A stretch of DNA of 19,058 nt from an uncultured bacterium (GTDB lineage Bacteria; Oederibacteriota; JAAXVQ01; JAUVAV01). The notes beneath the pieces were generated by a model that saw only the letters and a list, made by a program, of their open reading frames with translations, had not been told where the DNA came from and did no database searches. A program made the position numbers and the translations under genes. Location: contig CAVQBK010000008.1 of the NCBI GenBank assembly GCA_963710755.1, forward strand, positions 1 through 19,058. Reading direction: 5' to 3'. Of the stretch, positions 9,001 through 16,843 are shown piece after piece. Every line of letters starts with the position of its first letter. The stretch's first letter is position 1.

Positions 9001-9567
9001 GGAAGCGGTCACCTTGGCTTTTAAGGCCGGAGCAACTTCGGTTTGGGGACGCAGGCTCAATTGGTCCAAAGCCAACGTGCCCTCTCCCGGCTGGCCCAAG
9101 GTCACCGCCAGTTCAATACGGCTGATTTCCTGCAGCGGCTGCTCGGGATGAGGACCCCATCCAAAGGTAATGGTATCACTGGGAATGTTAATTTTACGCC
9201 AACCGCCACTGTCGCCAGGCAACGTGAGTTTGCTGATGTAGGTGTTGCCTTGGTTCCCGATGAGTTTGAACTCCAATTGATTGAGCGGGCCCTGATGGTG
9301 GAGCCAAAAAGTAAACACAAAGGCTTGGGGTAATTTTAGGGAGATGGGTTTGATAAAGACGATAAAGGGGGTGCTTTCACTGAGGCGATAAGTAGAGCTA
9401 AGAGCCTGCTGGTCCTTGCCCGGAACAACCTTCAGCTCGGTATTGGGTCCTGTCACTTGCCATTGGCCGATCTCATCCATGGCATCAATCAGGTGATCCG
9501 TTCCAGCCCAACCCCATCCCGCCGTACCCAGACAGGCCAACAATAAAATCCAACTGCGCAATCGCAT
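6100..9567 (-). CDS. Secreted multidomain glycoside hydrolase: CBM-like domain + F5/8 type C (discoidin/CBM32) + six-hairpin (alpha/alpha)6 catalytic domain
   Basis: GGAGG RBS 5 nt before ATG 9567, signal peptide MRLRSWILLLACLGTAGWGWA. Discoidin motif TASS...AADGNKGTRWSS..SDHQWIELD...GYSLYE (about 8660-9020). Catalytic-type motifs SYDASWIRDGA, EYDGQG, SESHEGY, WDDFWALKG, YTPYE, GDMPHSW. No T9SS CTD. Confidence 0.82.
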   Translation of the reverse strand: MRLRSWILLLACLGTAGWGWAGTDHLIDAMDEIGQWQVTGPNTELKVVPGKDQQALSSTYRLSESTPFIVFIKPISLKLPQAFVFTFWLHHQGPLNQLEFKLIGNQGNTYISKLTLPGDSGGWRKINIPSDTITFGWGPHPEQPLQEISRIELAVTLGQPGEGTLALDQLSLRPQTEVAPALKAKVTASSQQGPEVQAAYAADGNKGTRWSSAFSDHQWIELDYGRSLDWLGVILDWEAAFGKAYTIELSQDGRKWQPVYSIANGSGGKEDIDFKATKARYLRVLFQKRGTGWGYSLYEIIPKTSRFPFGVGQPVPDYILKKERPLGQAVQSDLVVPQAWKKEASWLLLSRDNPQLAVTLNHHPLTRAKELVLGRPAYALKGKLRFNGPNQLQLHSAALKADQKINLLLLKNKTILKTLRMNGELKARDYYQLLAAIFPSGFFPKWLSGKQDYWTVVGTANSSQESLITETGMLGSAAHGYSLLPFIQWAGQIVTYQDVTRTVGLQQDYLPLPWVTWTMTGMTMDQHLAAKELDGHAYTLVTYRLTNTGQAAQTGDFYLAVRPMLVNPPWQHGGLSAITSLAFDRATDTMTVNKQLGFMTTTAPDQVQCLSFSQGDLAQYLTRMQMQEQPTVHDPMGHAESLLRYHFQLQAGESKTYEVMLSLDQPVQDLKPVTSGQIAGWMTQNAQSWTERLNQVTFDFNQKKWDDIMRSNVAYILINKDGPALQPGARSYDASWIRDGAIMAAALLRSGLAPVTKAYLQWVAQAQLSDGEMPCIVDAKTGRLVSFAKDWKEYDGQGAFVFAVADYYRFTHDRATVQALYPHVQKALQYLKTLRAKTMTKDWLGKPGFGLLPKSESHEGYIGNPQQSLWDDFWALKGFKDGRYLAAVVNQGDDQHWMQTEEQGLRSALQRSIKQVQQAKHLKTIPASIGLADFDPTSTAIAVFPTAEASFLDRASLMDTLDNYYQHTFLPRLREGLKSSYTPYEIRIANAYLLLGQKEKALTMVRAFIRDQRPSAWHHWAEVVHADAQAPAYIGDMPHSWIGAIYINTFRNLFLYESGATLHLGAGVDEAWLQAPVDIQAPSYFGQVHYRMTAKRDQLAMTVRVQRLPRGGIIIHNPYAGRPIKAVRMNGRPWSQFTGNTITLDKKAASLEIRY

Positions 9568-9642
9568 GCACACCTCCAGGGGTATTTATGGTTTAGACCA
9601 ACGAGACGGGGACTTTTTACGTTTTTTTTAGAAAGTGACGCC

Positions 9643-10371
9643 CTATTCCTCTTCCTCGGGTTTTCTGGCGCGATGCATGCTGGCCACACCCAGGCCTAAA
9701 TCCTGATACTCCACATTGTCATAGCCAACGCGTACCAGCATGCGTCCCATTTTTTCAGGATCAGGAAAATGAACCAGGCTGTCATGCAGATGATGGGCCA
9801 TAGGTGCAGGCAGGCCGAATTTAAGCCTGGCCCATAGCGGAAACCAGTATTCCCGCAGGACGTGGGTCAGCAAGCGCATAACCGGATTTTTCGGTCTGGC
9901 CAGTTCAAGCAGGATAATACTGCCGCCGGGGCGGATAACGCGGTAACATTCCTTGAACACCGTACGGATATCGGAGACAAAGCGCAGTCCAAATCCCAGA
10001 AATACGGCATCAAAAAAATTTTCAGGAAAGGGAAGAATCTCGGCGTTTTCCGTTTTCACTTCCACCCGGCGATGCAGGTGAAGGGCACGAATTTTATTTT
10101 TGGCAGCGTTAACCATGGCCGGACTCAAGTCTACACCAATCACATGACAGGAAGGGCCCAACTGTTGGGCTAAAAGTATAGCCAGTTGCCCGGTGCCGCA
10201 ACAGGCATCGAGCACCCGCTTGGGTTTATCCAGCTTAGCCGCCGTTACCGCGGCTGCACGCCATTTATCCGCCCTGCCCCAGTATAAGCCTTTCTCCAAA
10301 GCCGGGTAGATCGGCGTAATCTTATTGAAAAATTGCCGGATATACTTATTTTTAGATACGGAACGAACCAT
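9643..10371 (-). CDS. UbiE/MenG-family class I SAM-dependent methyltransferase (divergent)
   Basis: SAM motif VLDACCGTG, then GVDLSPAMV, AEILPFPENFFD, FGLRFV, ECYRVIRPGG, HDSLVHFPD, LGLGVA. GAGG upstream of ATG 10371 favours this start over 10407. Confidence 0.8.
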   Translation of the reverse strand: MVRSVSKNKYIRQFFNKITPIYPALEKGLYWGRADKWRAAAVTAAKLDKPKRVLDACCGTGQLAILLAQQLGPSCHVIGVDLSPAMVNAAKNKIRALHLHRRVEVKTENAEILPFPENFFDAVFLGFGLRFVSDIRTVFKECYRVIRPGGSIILLELARPKNPVMRLLTHVLREYWFPLWARLKFGLPAPMAHHLHDSLVHFPDPEKMGRMLVRVGYDNVEYQDLGLGVASMHRARKPEEEE

Positions 10372-10491
10372 GCCTGCCTCGATAGCCACCCACGGCTTAG
10401 TCACCATAAGGGTTGGATCTTACCCCCAGCCGCAAAGTTATAAGCTTTCAATAATTAGTTGCAGAAAACAATAGTTGTCATTTCAAGATTC

Positions 10492-10576
10492 CGTCACCCC
10501 GGCATGGTTTTAACCGGGTTCGTGAATGAACCTTTAAAAACACTTGGATTCCGGCTAAGGGCTTGCCGGAATGACG
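10492..10576. repeat. Inverted dimer of CGTC-tagged REP-like palindromes
   Basis: Left CGTCACCCCGGCATGGTTTTAACCGGGTTC (10492-10521) and right GGATTCCGGCTAAGGGCTTGCCGGAATGACG (10546-10576). Each is a hairpin, and the two match at 21/31 positions in inverted orientation. Confidence 0.75.
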
Positions 10577-10718
10577 AAGTTGGCCAGATATCATTTTCTA
10601 ATAAAATCTTTCCCTGACAGAACCTAATTATCCTGCGTCTTGGCGTGAGTAACTTTTTTCCAGTTATTTCAAACCTTTCCATTTTTAAAAAGAGTATCCC
10701 CCTTTGTCCGGGGCGCCT

Positions 10719-11423
10719 TTAGCGCAAACGATGATAGAGGCGGAACAATTCCTTAAAAGCTCTTAAAATAACCTTAAGATTGGCCCCGGTCTGCTGGCCG
10801 GCCTTTCGAGGGAAATGATGCACCCCTTGTTGGTGAAAGGTATAACCCATTTTTTTGGCCTGGGCCAGTAGTTCGGTGGAGATCATGGCGCCGCTAGCCT
10901 GAAACTCATAGTGGTCGCAAATGCGTCGCTGAAACAGCTTGAACGCACAATCAATATCACGGACCTTGCCAAATAGTCCGAAGAGTAGCTTGACCAGCAG
11001 CCCCCACGCAAAAGCATTGAGCCAACGCATCATATTATCCTGCCGTTTGATACGGTATCCGGCAATAAAATCGGCCTGCGCTGTATGCGGTAGCAATAAT
11101 CGCAATTCCCCTGTGTCGAATTGCCCGTCACCGTCAGTGAAAAAAACCCAATCTAACTTGGCCGATTTCAGTCCCGTGCGCACCGCGCCGCCATAACCTT
11201 GATTGACCTGGTGACGAATATAGCGCACGCCGGGATAAGTTGTGACCAGTTGCTCCGCCACCTGCGGCGTATCATCCTTGGACCCGTCGTCCACAATGAT
11301 AACTTCCCACTGGCCTGCCACTTCTTGCAAGGTCTCCACGGTGCGTTTGGTCAGGGCTTCCAGGTTGGCCCCTTCATTGTAGGCCGGAAAAAAAACAGAA
11401 ATATTCAATTTTGGCAAAGACAC
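10719..11423 (-). CDS. GT2 glycosyltransferase, polyprenol-phosphate sugar synthase-like (DPM1/Ppm1/GtrB-like, no TM tail)
   Basis: SVFFPAYNE, IIVDDGSKDDT, NQGYGGAV, FTDGDGQFD (DxD), RDIDCAFKLF, HFPRKAG. AAGGAG RBS before GTG 11423. Confidence 0.9.
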   Translation of the reverse strand: MSLPKLNISVFFPAYNEGANLEALTKRTVETLQEVAGQWEVIIVDDGSKDDTPQVAEQLVTTYPGVRYIRHQVNQGYGGAVRTGLKSAKLDWVFFTDGDGQFDTGELRLLLPHTAQADFIAGYRIKRQDNMMRWLNAFAWGLLVKLLFGLFGKVRDIDCAFKLFQRRICDHYEFQASGAMISTELLAQAKKMGYTFHQQGVHHFPRKAGQQTGANLKVILRAFKELFRLYHRLR

Positions 11424-11455
11424 GAAACAACTCCTTACGGTTATTTTGAGCCGTC

Positions 11456-11484
11456 ATTATAGCCCATTCCAGAATAAATGAATA
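11456..11484 (-). promoter_or_regulatory. Candidate internal promoter upstream of the GT2 gene
   Basis: Perfect TATAAT on the minus strand (11461-11456), about 32 nt upstream of the start. The -35 (TATTCA, 17-bp spacer) is weak. Confidence 0.35.
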
Positions 11485-11537
11485 AGGGTTTTTCCGGCTA
11501 AAACAGGACGCGACAGGGTCGGGTTATTTTTCACCCC

Positions 11538-12848
11538 TTACGGTTTTATGACCTCAAGCATAATGTCTGCCGCCTGCTCGCCCAAACGCAGACTATAGCT
11601 CATGCCCCGGTCTTCCGGATAGACCTGAGCCATGTTGGCCACATACAGACCTTTAACCGGGGTGGCAATGGGATTGATCATTTCTCCGTAACCAGTGCGC
11701 ATGATGGGTTGGGCATAGGGCGTGCGGAACAGTCGATAGGCCATCACATCGTCCTCGTTAAAATGCGGCAGGATTTTTTTCAAATACGCATAAAATTCCC
11801 GGAGTACCGTTTGGTCGTCCGCCTGATAGCGGGGATGGTCTACGGACAGGTAAGAGGAAAGATACAGCACATGTTTGCCCTGATAAGCGTCAGGACTAAT
11901 GAAATTGGTATGCTCGATCACCGCAATAAAGGGGCTTTTGAGATCAGGAATATTCATCCAGTAAATGGGGGTCAACGATCGCCTCAGGGTGAGAATGGCA
12001 CAGACATTGCCGTAATAATCGACCGCTTTCAATTGGTCCCAATAAGATCCCTGACAATCAGCGGGCAGCACCTTGGCAATAATTTGGGGTGCCATGGTGA
12101 GCAGCACTGCATCAAAATGCTCTTCCCCGTCCGCCGTACGCCAGCCCTTGATTTGCCCGTCTTTGACCAGTACTCCTTTAACCTCGGTCTGAAAGCGAAA
12201 GGTGCCGCCCTGCGCTTCAATAACCCGGCGCAAGGCGTCATGCATGACCTGAAAGCTGCCTTCTACATAACCCAGGCTCTCCTTGGTCATGCCCTGGGCC
12301 CGGCTGCCGGCGCGGGTATGGATGCGCGAATAAAACCAGGGCATGCCGATCTCTTCGGCATGGTCTCCGAATTTACTATGCAACAGCGGTCCCCACACCA
12401 CGTCCCAGGCCTGTTGACCGTACCATTTCCGGATCCATTGGCCTGCCGGCTGATGCTCGTATTTTTTCCAGTTTTTCACCCGCGAAAGCCATAAGGTCAC
12501 CACGCCGAAGCGCAGACGGTTGAACAGAGACAAGGGCTTGAAACGCAGCAGGTCCATGGGCGTGGAAAACTTATATAACCGTCCCTGCGTGTACACGCCC
12601 ATGGGGGTTTCCTTCCAAATCATCTTGTCTTCCAACCCCAGGGCTTTGAGCAAGCCCACGGTATTTAAATCGGTGGTGAAATAATGATGGTAAAATTTTT
12701 CCAGACGGGTGCCTTCAAAGACAAAAGTGCCCGCCAAGCCACCCGGTTCCTCCATCTTTTCACAAATGGTCACTTCATGGCCGGCGGCCGTTAAAAGCCG
12801 CGCTGCAGCCATGCCGGCCAGGCCAGCACCAACAATGCCAATTTTCAT
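11538..12848 (-). CDS. FAD-dependent oxidoreductase, PRK07233-like (amine oxidase/protoporphyrinogen oxidase/UDP-galactopyranose mutase fold)
   Basis: GAGLAG Rossmann motif, GGLA, LEKFYHH, SKFG, LGYVEGSF, YWMNI, IEHTNF, AQP and QVYPEDRGM follow the PRK07233 pattern. AAGGAG RBS. Confidence 0.87.
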   Translation of the reverse strand: MKIGIVGAGLAGMAAARLLTAAGHEVTICEKMEEPGGLAGTFVFEGTRLEKFYHHYFTTDLNTVGLLKALGLEDKMIWKETPMGVYTQGRLYKFSTPMDLLRFKPLSLFNRLRFGVVTLWLSRVKNWKKYEHQPAGQWIRKWYGQQAWDVVWGPLLHSKFGDHAEEIGMPWFYSRIHTRAGSRAQGMTKESLGYVEGSFQVMHDALRRVIEAQGGTFRFQTEVKGVLVKDGQIKGWRTADGEEHFDAVLLTMAPQIIAKVLPADCQGSYWDQLKAVDYYGNVCAILTLRRSLTPIYWMNIPDLKSPFIAVIEHTNFISPDAYQGKHVLYLSSYLSVDHPRYQADDQTVLREFYAYLKKILPHFNEDDVMAYRLFRTPYAQPIMRTGYGEMINPIATPVKGLYVANMAQVYPEDRGMSYSLRLGEQAADIMLEVIKP

Positions 12849-12902
12849 GTTACACTCCTTGCGGTTATGTGTGGTGTCTCACCGTGTTTGAAGTTTAAAA
12901 AA

Positions 12903-12995
12903 GTTATTGCCAGGAGCCGCTTTTGCGACGAAGCCATCGGGGTTTAACTTAAACCGCGTGAAACAACGAGATGGCTTCACTTTGCTCGCCATGAC
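12903..12995. repeat. Degenerate GTCATTGCGAG...GACGAAGCAATC / GAGATTGCTTC...CTCGCAATGAC-type palindromic element
   Basis: GTTATTGCCAGGAGC...GCGACGAAGCCATC ... GAGATGGCTTCAC TTTGCTCGCCATGAC. Perfect IR GAAGCCATC (12930-12938)/GATGGCTTC (12970-12978). Inner palindrome GGTTTAA-C-TTAAACC (12941-12955). Confidence 0.72.
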
Positions 12996-13041
12996 AAATG
13001 TTCTATCCATTAAGAGGCATTCCAGCACCTCACCTTGCCGG

Positions 13042-14088
13042 CTAATCCAGGCTGAGTGAGGGTTGCGATTTTTCCTTGGTCTCTTCAATTTCCTTGAATG
13101 ACAATTTGAATGTCCACATGTAATAAAATCCCCAGAGGGTGATGGGCAGCCAAACCAGGGCATGAATAATCAAAACCGCCGGCAAGGACAAACTTTTTTC
13201 CACGCCGAATAGCAGCAGCGTGCCCACGCCGAAAAATTCAAAAGGCCCGATATACCCCGGCGAGGAAGGCAACATAATGCCCAGGTTGACGATGGCCATC
13301 ATCATCACCGCGCCGTAGACCGGCAGATGGATGGCAAATGCCTTGAGCACAAAATAATAGGCCGCACTTTCGCCGAACCAGGCCAGAAGAGTAAATAGAA
13401 AGGCCAGTAGGCTGTCCCGGTGGTTCTTCATGCCCGCAAAACCGTCGATAAAGGAATGAGCCAATTTTTCAGCTATGGGTCTGATGCCTTTGGGCAGCCA
13501 GCCCACCACTTTGTTCAGGAGCGGCAGCCATTTTTCTTTCCACGTAATCATTCCAAAAAGGACTATAAAAAGAACAACAAAGAGCACGGCGGTGATATTC
13601 AGGACCGTGTTCATCATCGTTACAAAAGCCGTGTTGTCCGCAGTTTGCGGAATCTGGTAAAACCAAAGCACCACCGTGGCCAGCAGCACCATGACCAAGC
13701 CGTCATAGAGCCGCTGCATCACCACCGTGGCAAAAACAGCGGTTTTGGAAATAGCTTCCCGCCGGCCCACCAAATAAGCCCGCACCACTTCCCCGGCCCT
13801 GGCGGGCAACACGTTATTGACCATAAACCCCATGATCAGTGGCGGAAAGAGGCGCTGCCAGGAAAGGGGCTTCACCGCCTTCATGAGATAGGCCCAGCGA
13901 ATGGCTCTCAGCCAGTAGCCCGTCAAATACACCGCCAGTGCCGGCAGCAGCCAGCGGTAGTCCGCGCGAGCCAAGGCGCTGGTCAGCTCTTGAAAATTGA
14001 CCTGACGGAAAACCAGATAGAGAAAAAGGACCGTAATGGCCAGTCCCACCCAGAATCGTTTTTGACTAAAAATATTTTTAGTGTTCAT
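13042..14088 (-). CDS. UPF0104 / lysylphosphatidylglycerol-synthase-TM-domain membrane protein (putative flippase)
   Basis: Multiple hydrophobic helices with LRAIRW, GFMVNNVLPARAGEVVRAY, QRLYD and LPSSPGYIGPFE motifs. AAGGA RBS. Confidence 0.88.
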   Translation of the reverse strand: MNTKNIFSQKRFWVGLAITVLFLYLVFRQVNFQELTSALARADYRWLLPALAVYLTGYWLRAIRWAYLMKAVKPLSWQRLFPPLIMGFMVNNVLPARAGEVVRAYLVGRREAISKTAVFATVVMQRLYDGLVMVLLATVVLWFYQIPQTADNTAFVTMMNTVLNITAVLFVVLFIVLFGMITWKEKWLPLLNKVVGWLPKGIRPIAEKLAHSFIDGFAGMKNHRDSLLAFLFTLLAWFGESAAYYFVLKAFAIHLPVYGAVMMMAIVNLGIMLPSSPGYIGPFEFFGVGTLLLFGVEKSLSLPAVLIIHALVWLPITLWGFYYMWTFKLSFKEIEETKEKSQPSLSLD

Positions 14089-14248
14089 AAAGGTCCTTTA
14101 AATCAATTATTCAAACACCCGATAGCTTGAATGCTATAGGAGCAGGATCGCCGTTTTTATTTTGGCGTAGATACCGGGTCTCTTGTGGATTGAGGCAGGG
14201 ACAGGTGGCGTCGCCGTTTTTCTTTCCCCTTTGCTTACCCTTGGTTTG

Positions 14249-16843
14249 TTACTCCGGCGTCAAAGCTGTAAAAGGTACTTTGCTTTGCACCTGGCCTGGC
14301 CTGGTCCAATAGAACACCAGCCGGGGATAAGCGCCTATTCTTTTTTTAAACTCAATGCGAATGGAATGTTCGCCTTTTCTCAGAAAAACCTCGTCCTGCT
14401 GCATCGTATCAGCCTTGGTATTGGCCACCACCACTTCCCGGTCAATGGACAGCCAGGCCTCCTGATTTTGCAATAACCCAAAAGCGTATTTCCCGGTTTC
14501 CGGTATCATGATCTTGCCGGTCCAGGTGGCGCAAAAGGGTGCTGCCATGGGGAAATCCGCGCCCAGCATGGACATGAGCGGATCAATGCGTTCATAGTCC
14601 GGTTTACCCTGGGGTTCGGTTTTGTTCCAATACGTGCCTTTCAGCCCATGCACCTCGGTTTGGGGCAGACAAGCACGACCAGGCACTACCACACTGGTGG
14701 TGGCATCGGCCGGCATCCAGCGTATCTGCACCGGAGCCTGAGTTTGGGTAATCTGCCCTTTTATTTCCAACAAGTGTTGACCTTGAGCCAAAATGACCCC
14801 GCCCTGCCCTACTGGCTGATGGTCTATCCGAAGCATGGCCTGGTCCAAGCCCATAATCTGCCAGCTGTAGGACCCCCAATGCGGGATAATAATAGAGCCC
14901 TGCCATTGAGCCGTAACCGGCAATTGCAAACCCAGCTCTTTAATATCAAAATTAAGCCACTCACGGCCGGCCTGTTGGTGGATAACTTTGCCGGTGCGGT
15001 CCTGATAGCGGGCCAGCAAGCCCCGTGTTTTTTGTACTTCCTCGTGGCTGACCAGATAGGACGTAAACAAGTCAAAATCATAAGGCGAATGATGAACCTC
15101 TTCCTTGCCGCCCGGGTAATAATAGCGCAACAGGGGCAAGGCGCCATCATGAATGGGTAACAGTAGGTAAGCCAAATTTTTATCGCCTGCGTAATTACTG
15201 GGAATGGCCCGGGTCATCATAAAGGGCTCTGCCTCCATGTCCGGATACCCCAGGTAGCGGATGGTGGGATAATTAAAGGAAGCAGCAGAGATATACGTAT
15301 GATAATCAGAGCCTAGGGTTTTAATCAATTGCCCCATGCCATATTCACGCGCAGAAAATTCAGACCAACAAGCACGCTGGGTGGCTTGTTGGGTAAAATA
15401 AGCCTGCGTATTGGCCACGCCGACCCACCCCAACAATAGTATCAGGCCCCAGCTGGTCCAGGCCTGCACTTTGGTGCCCCGGCTTAAATCCTGTAAAGCG
15501 CTCCAGAGAAAGTTCAGCCCCAGACCCATGAGCATCACCACGGGAATAATGGCGCCAATGCAGCGGTAACCTTGAGGGGCTTCAATGGTAATAAATCCGG
15601 GGACCAAGGCCACCAGCCACCAGAAAAGCGCCAAAAAGGCATGTTTGCGGCGCAAATGAGCCAGTGCCCAGATCACGCCCAAGCCCAGCAATACGCCCGA
15701 TACCATGTCCAACATGGGCATTTCCGGAATGTTGTGGCGGCCGTTAGTATCTCCGAAATAATTAAACATTAAAAGAGTGGACTTGACATTCGTCCATAAG
15801 ACATTTAAGGCCGGCTGACCACCGAGATGATTGAAAAGAAGTACCTGGCCGTTGCGGGCCGTGAACTCATGCAGATGGGTCAGCGCATAATAGCCCAGAG
15901 GCGCAAACACCAGTAGGGACACGCCCAAAAACACCAGCAGGTTGCGCCAGTGGGTCTTAAGAAAATCCTTTTCCCAGAACAGTTGCAATGCCATGTAGGG
16001 ACCGAGTACCAAAGGAACAAGATTGGAAGCATAATAGGTATAAAGACCCATGGCCACGGCCAGACCTGAAAGGGCCATGGCCCAACGATTCTTGGTTTCC
16101 AGACCGCGCAACAAAAAGTAAGCCGCCGCGGCCGCGAACAGCGGCGTGGCAATACCAATAAAGTTGATTCTGGAGAAATTGATATGCCAGCGCATAAAAA
16201 CCAACAGGAAGGTTGAGGCCAAGGCCACGGGCCAGGCCACTATGCGGCGCATTAAAAAATAAACCATGGGAATGGTAAGGGTACCCAGCAGCACTGGCAC
16301 CATTTTGGTGGCGCTAATGTGGGCCCCGCCAAAATATTGCATCAACGCATTAAGATAGTGATAGAGCGTAGGCGCCGGCGCATCGGGAGGTCCGAAGATC
16401 GGCAGGTAGCTGTGGTTCACCAGCATCTGCAGGCCAATAAGAGCATTGGTGGCTTCATCAAAAAAATAACCATGGGGAAGGACGGTCACGTTGTAGACAC
16501 GAACCACAAACCCCAGAATAATGGCCAGTGACAGAGCGCCTGCTTCCAACAAACGCTGGTTGCCCTCCGGCCGCGGGGACGGAGCCAGCATGGGATTACG
16601 GTAAAAGGTCAGAAGTCCTACCACCGCAGCCGCAACCCACAACCACAAGCCGGCACCTAAGTGCCGCCCCCACAACTGCTCTTGTCCCAGCCAAGCCAAG
16701 GCCACCATAAGCGCCACCAAGGCCGGTCGAATAAGCACCAGGTTCTGCAACCATTGCCCCCATTTGCCAAAAAAGGGCGCCGGGCGGGCGGGTTGTTTGG
16801 TGATGCGCGATTTGGTCACTTTTTTTTTGGACGTAGCGTTCAT
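14249..16843 (-). CDS. GT-C fold glycosyltransferase (ArnT/PMT_2, GT39/GT83-like) with two C-terminal PA14-like domains, 864 aa
   Basis: GFVVRVY...GYFFDEA (catalytic DE loop after a TM helix), WHINFSR, YTYY, GDTNGRHN..MLD, many TM segments. Two GL.A/G.Y...W.G.I.IP..G.Y...L.ID...L..G.H PA14 patterns. The start ATG 16843 overlaps the upstream stop (ATGA). Confidence 0.85.
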   Translation of the reverse strand: MNATSKKKVTKSRITKQPARPAPFFGKWGQWLQNLVLIRPALVALMVALAWLGQEQLWGRHLGAGLWLWVAAAVVGLLTFYRNPMLAPSPRPEGNQRLLEAGALSLAIILGFVVRVYNVTVLPHGYFFDEATNALIGLQMLVNHSYLPIFGPPDAPAPTLYHYLNALMQYFGGAHISATKMVPVLLGTLTIPMVYFLMRRIVAWPVALASTFLLVFMRWHINFSRINFIGIATPLFAAAAAYFLLRGLETKNRWAMALSGLAVAMGLYTYYASNLVPLVLGPYMALQLFWEKDFLKTHWRNLLVFLGVSLLVFAPLGYYALTHLHEFTARNGQVLLFNHLGGQPALNVLWTNVKSTLLMFNYFGDTNGRHNIPEMPMLDMVSGVLLGLGVIWALAHLRRKHAFLALFWWLVALVPGFITIEAPQGYRCIGAIIPVVMLMGLGLNFLWSALQDLSRGTKVQAWTSWGLILLLGWVGVANTQAYFTQQATQRACWSEFSAREYGMGQLIKTLGSDYHTYISAASFNYPTIRYLGYPDMEAEPFMMTRAIPSNYAGDKNLAYLLLPIHDGALPLLRYYYPGGKEEVHHSPYDFDLFTSYLVSHEEVQKTRGLLARYQDRTGKVIHQQAGREWLNFDIKELGLQLPVTAQWQGSIIIPHWGSYSWQIMGLDQAMLRIDHQPVGQGGVILAQGQHLLEIKGQITQTQAPVQIRWMPADATTSVVVPGRACLPQTEVHGLKGTYWNKTEPQGKPDYERIDPLMSMLGADFPMAAPFCATWTGKIMIPETGKYAFGLLQNQEAWLSIDREVVVANTKADTMQQDEVFLRKGEHSIRIEFKKRIGAYPRLVFYWTRPGQVQSKVPFTALTPE

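Noticed and set aside
10433-10440. Bacteroidota-type -7 promoter element TAACTTTG on the minus strand
   Set aside because: Single occurrence with an imperfect -33 element (TCTG). The rest of the window shows SD sites and sigma70-like promoters, so chance is likely.
11538-12848. Annotation as hemY/hemG or a carotenoid desaturase
   Set aside because: Only the shared FAD fold matches. The motifs fit the PRK07233 group and the context is glycosylation.
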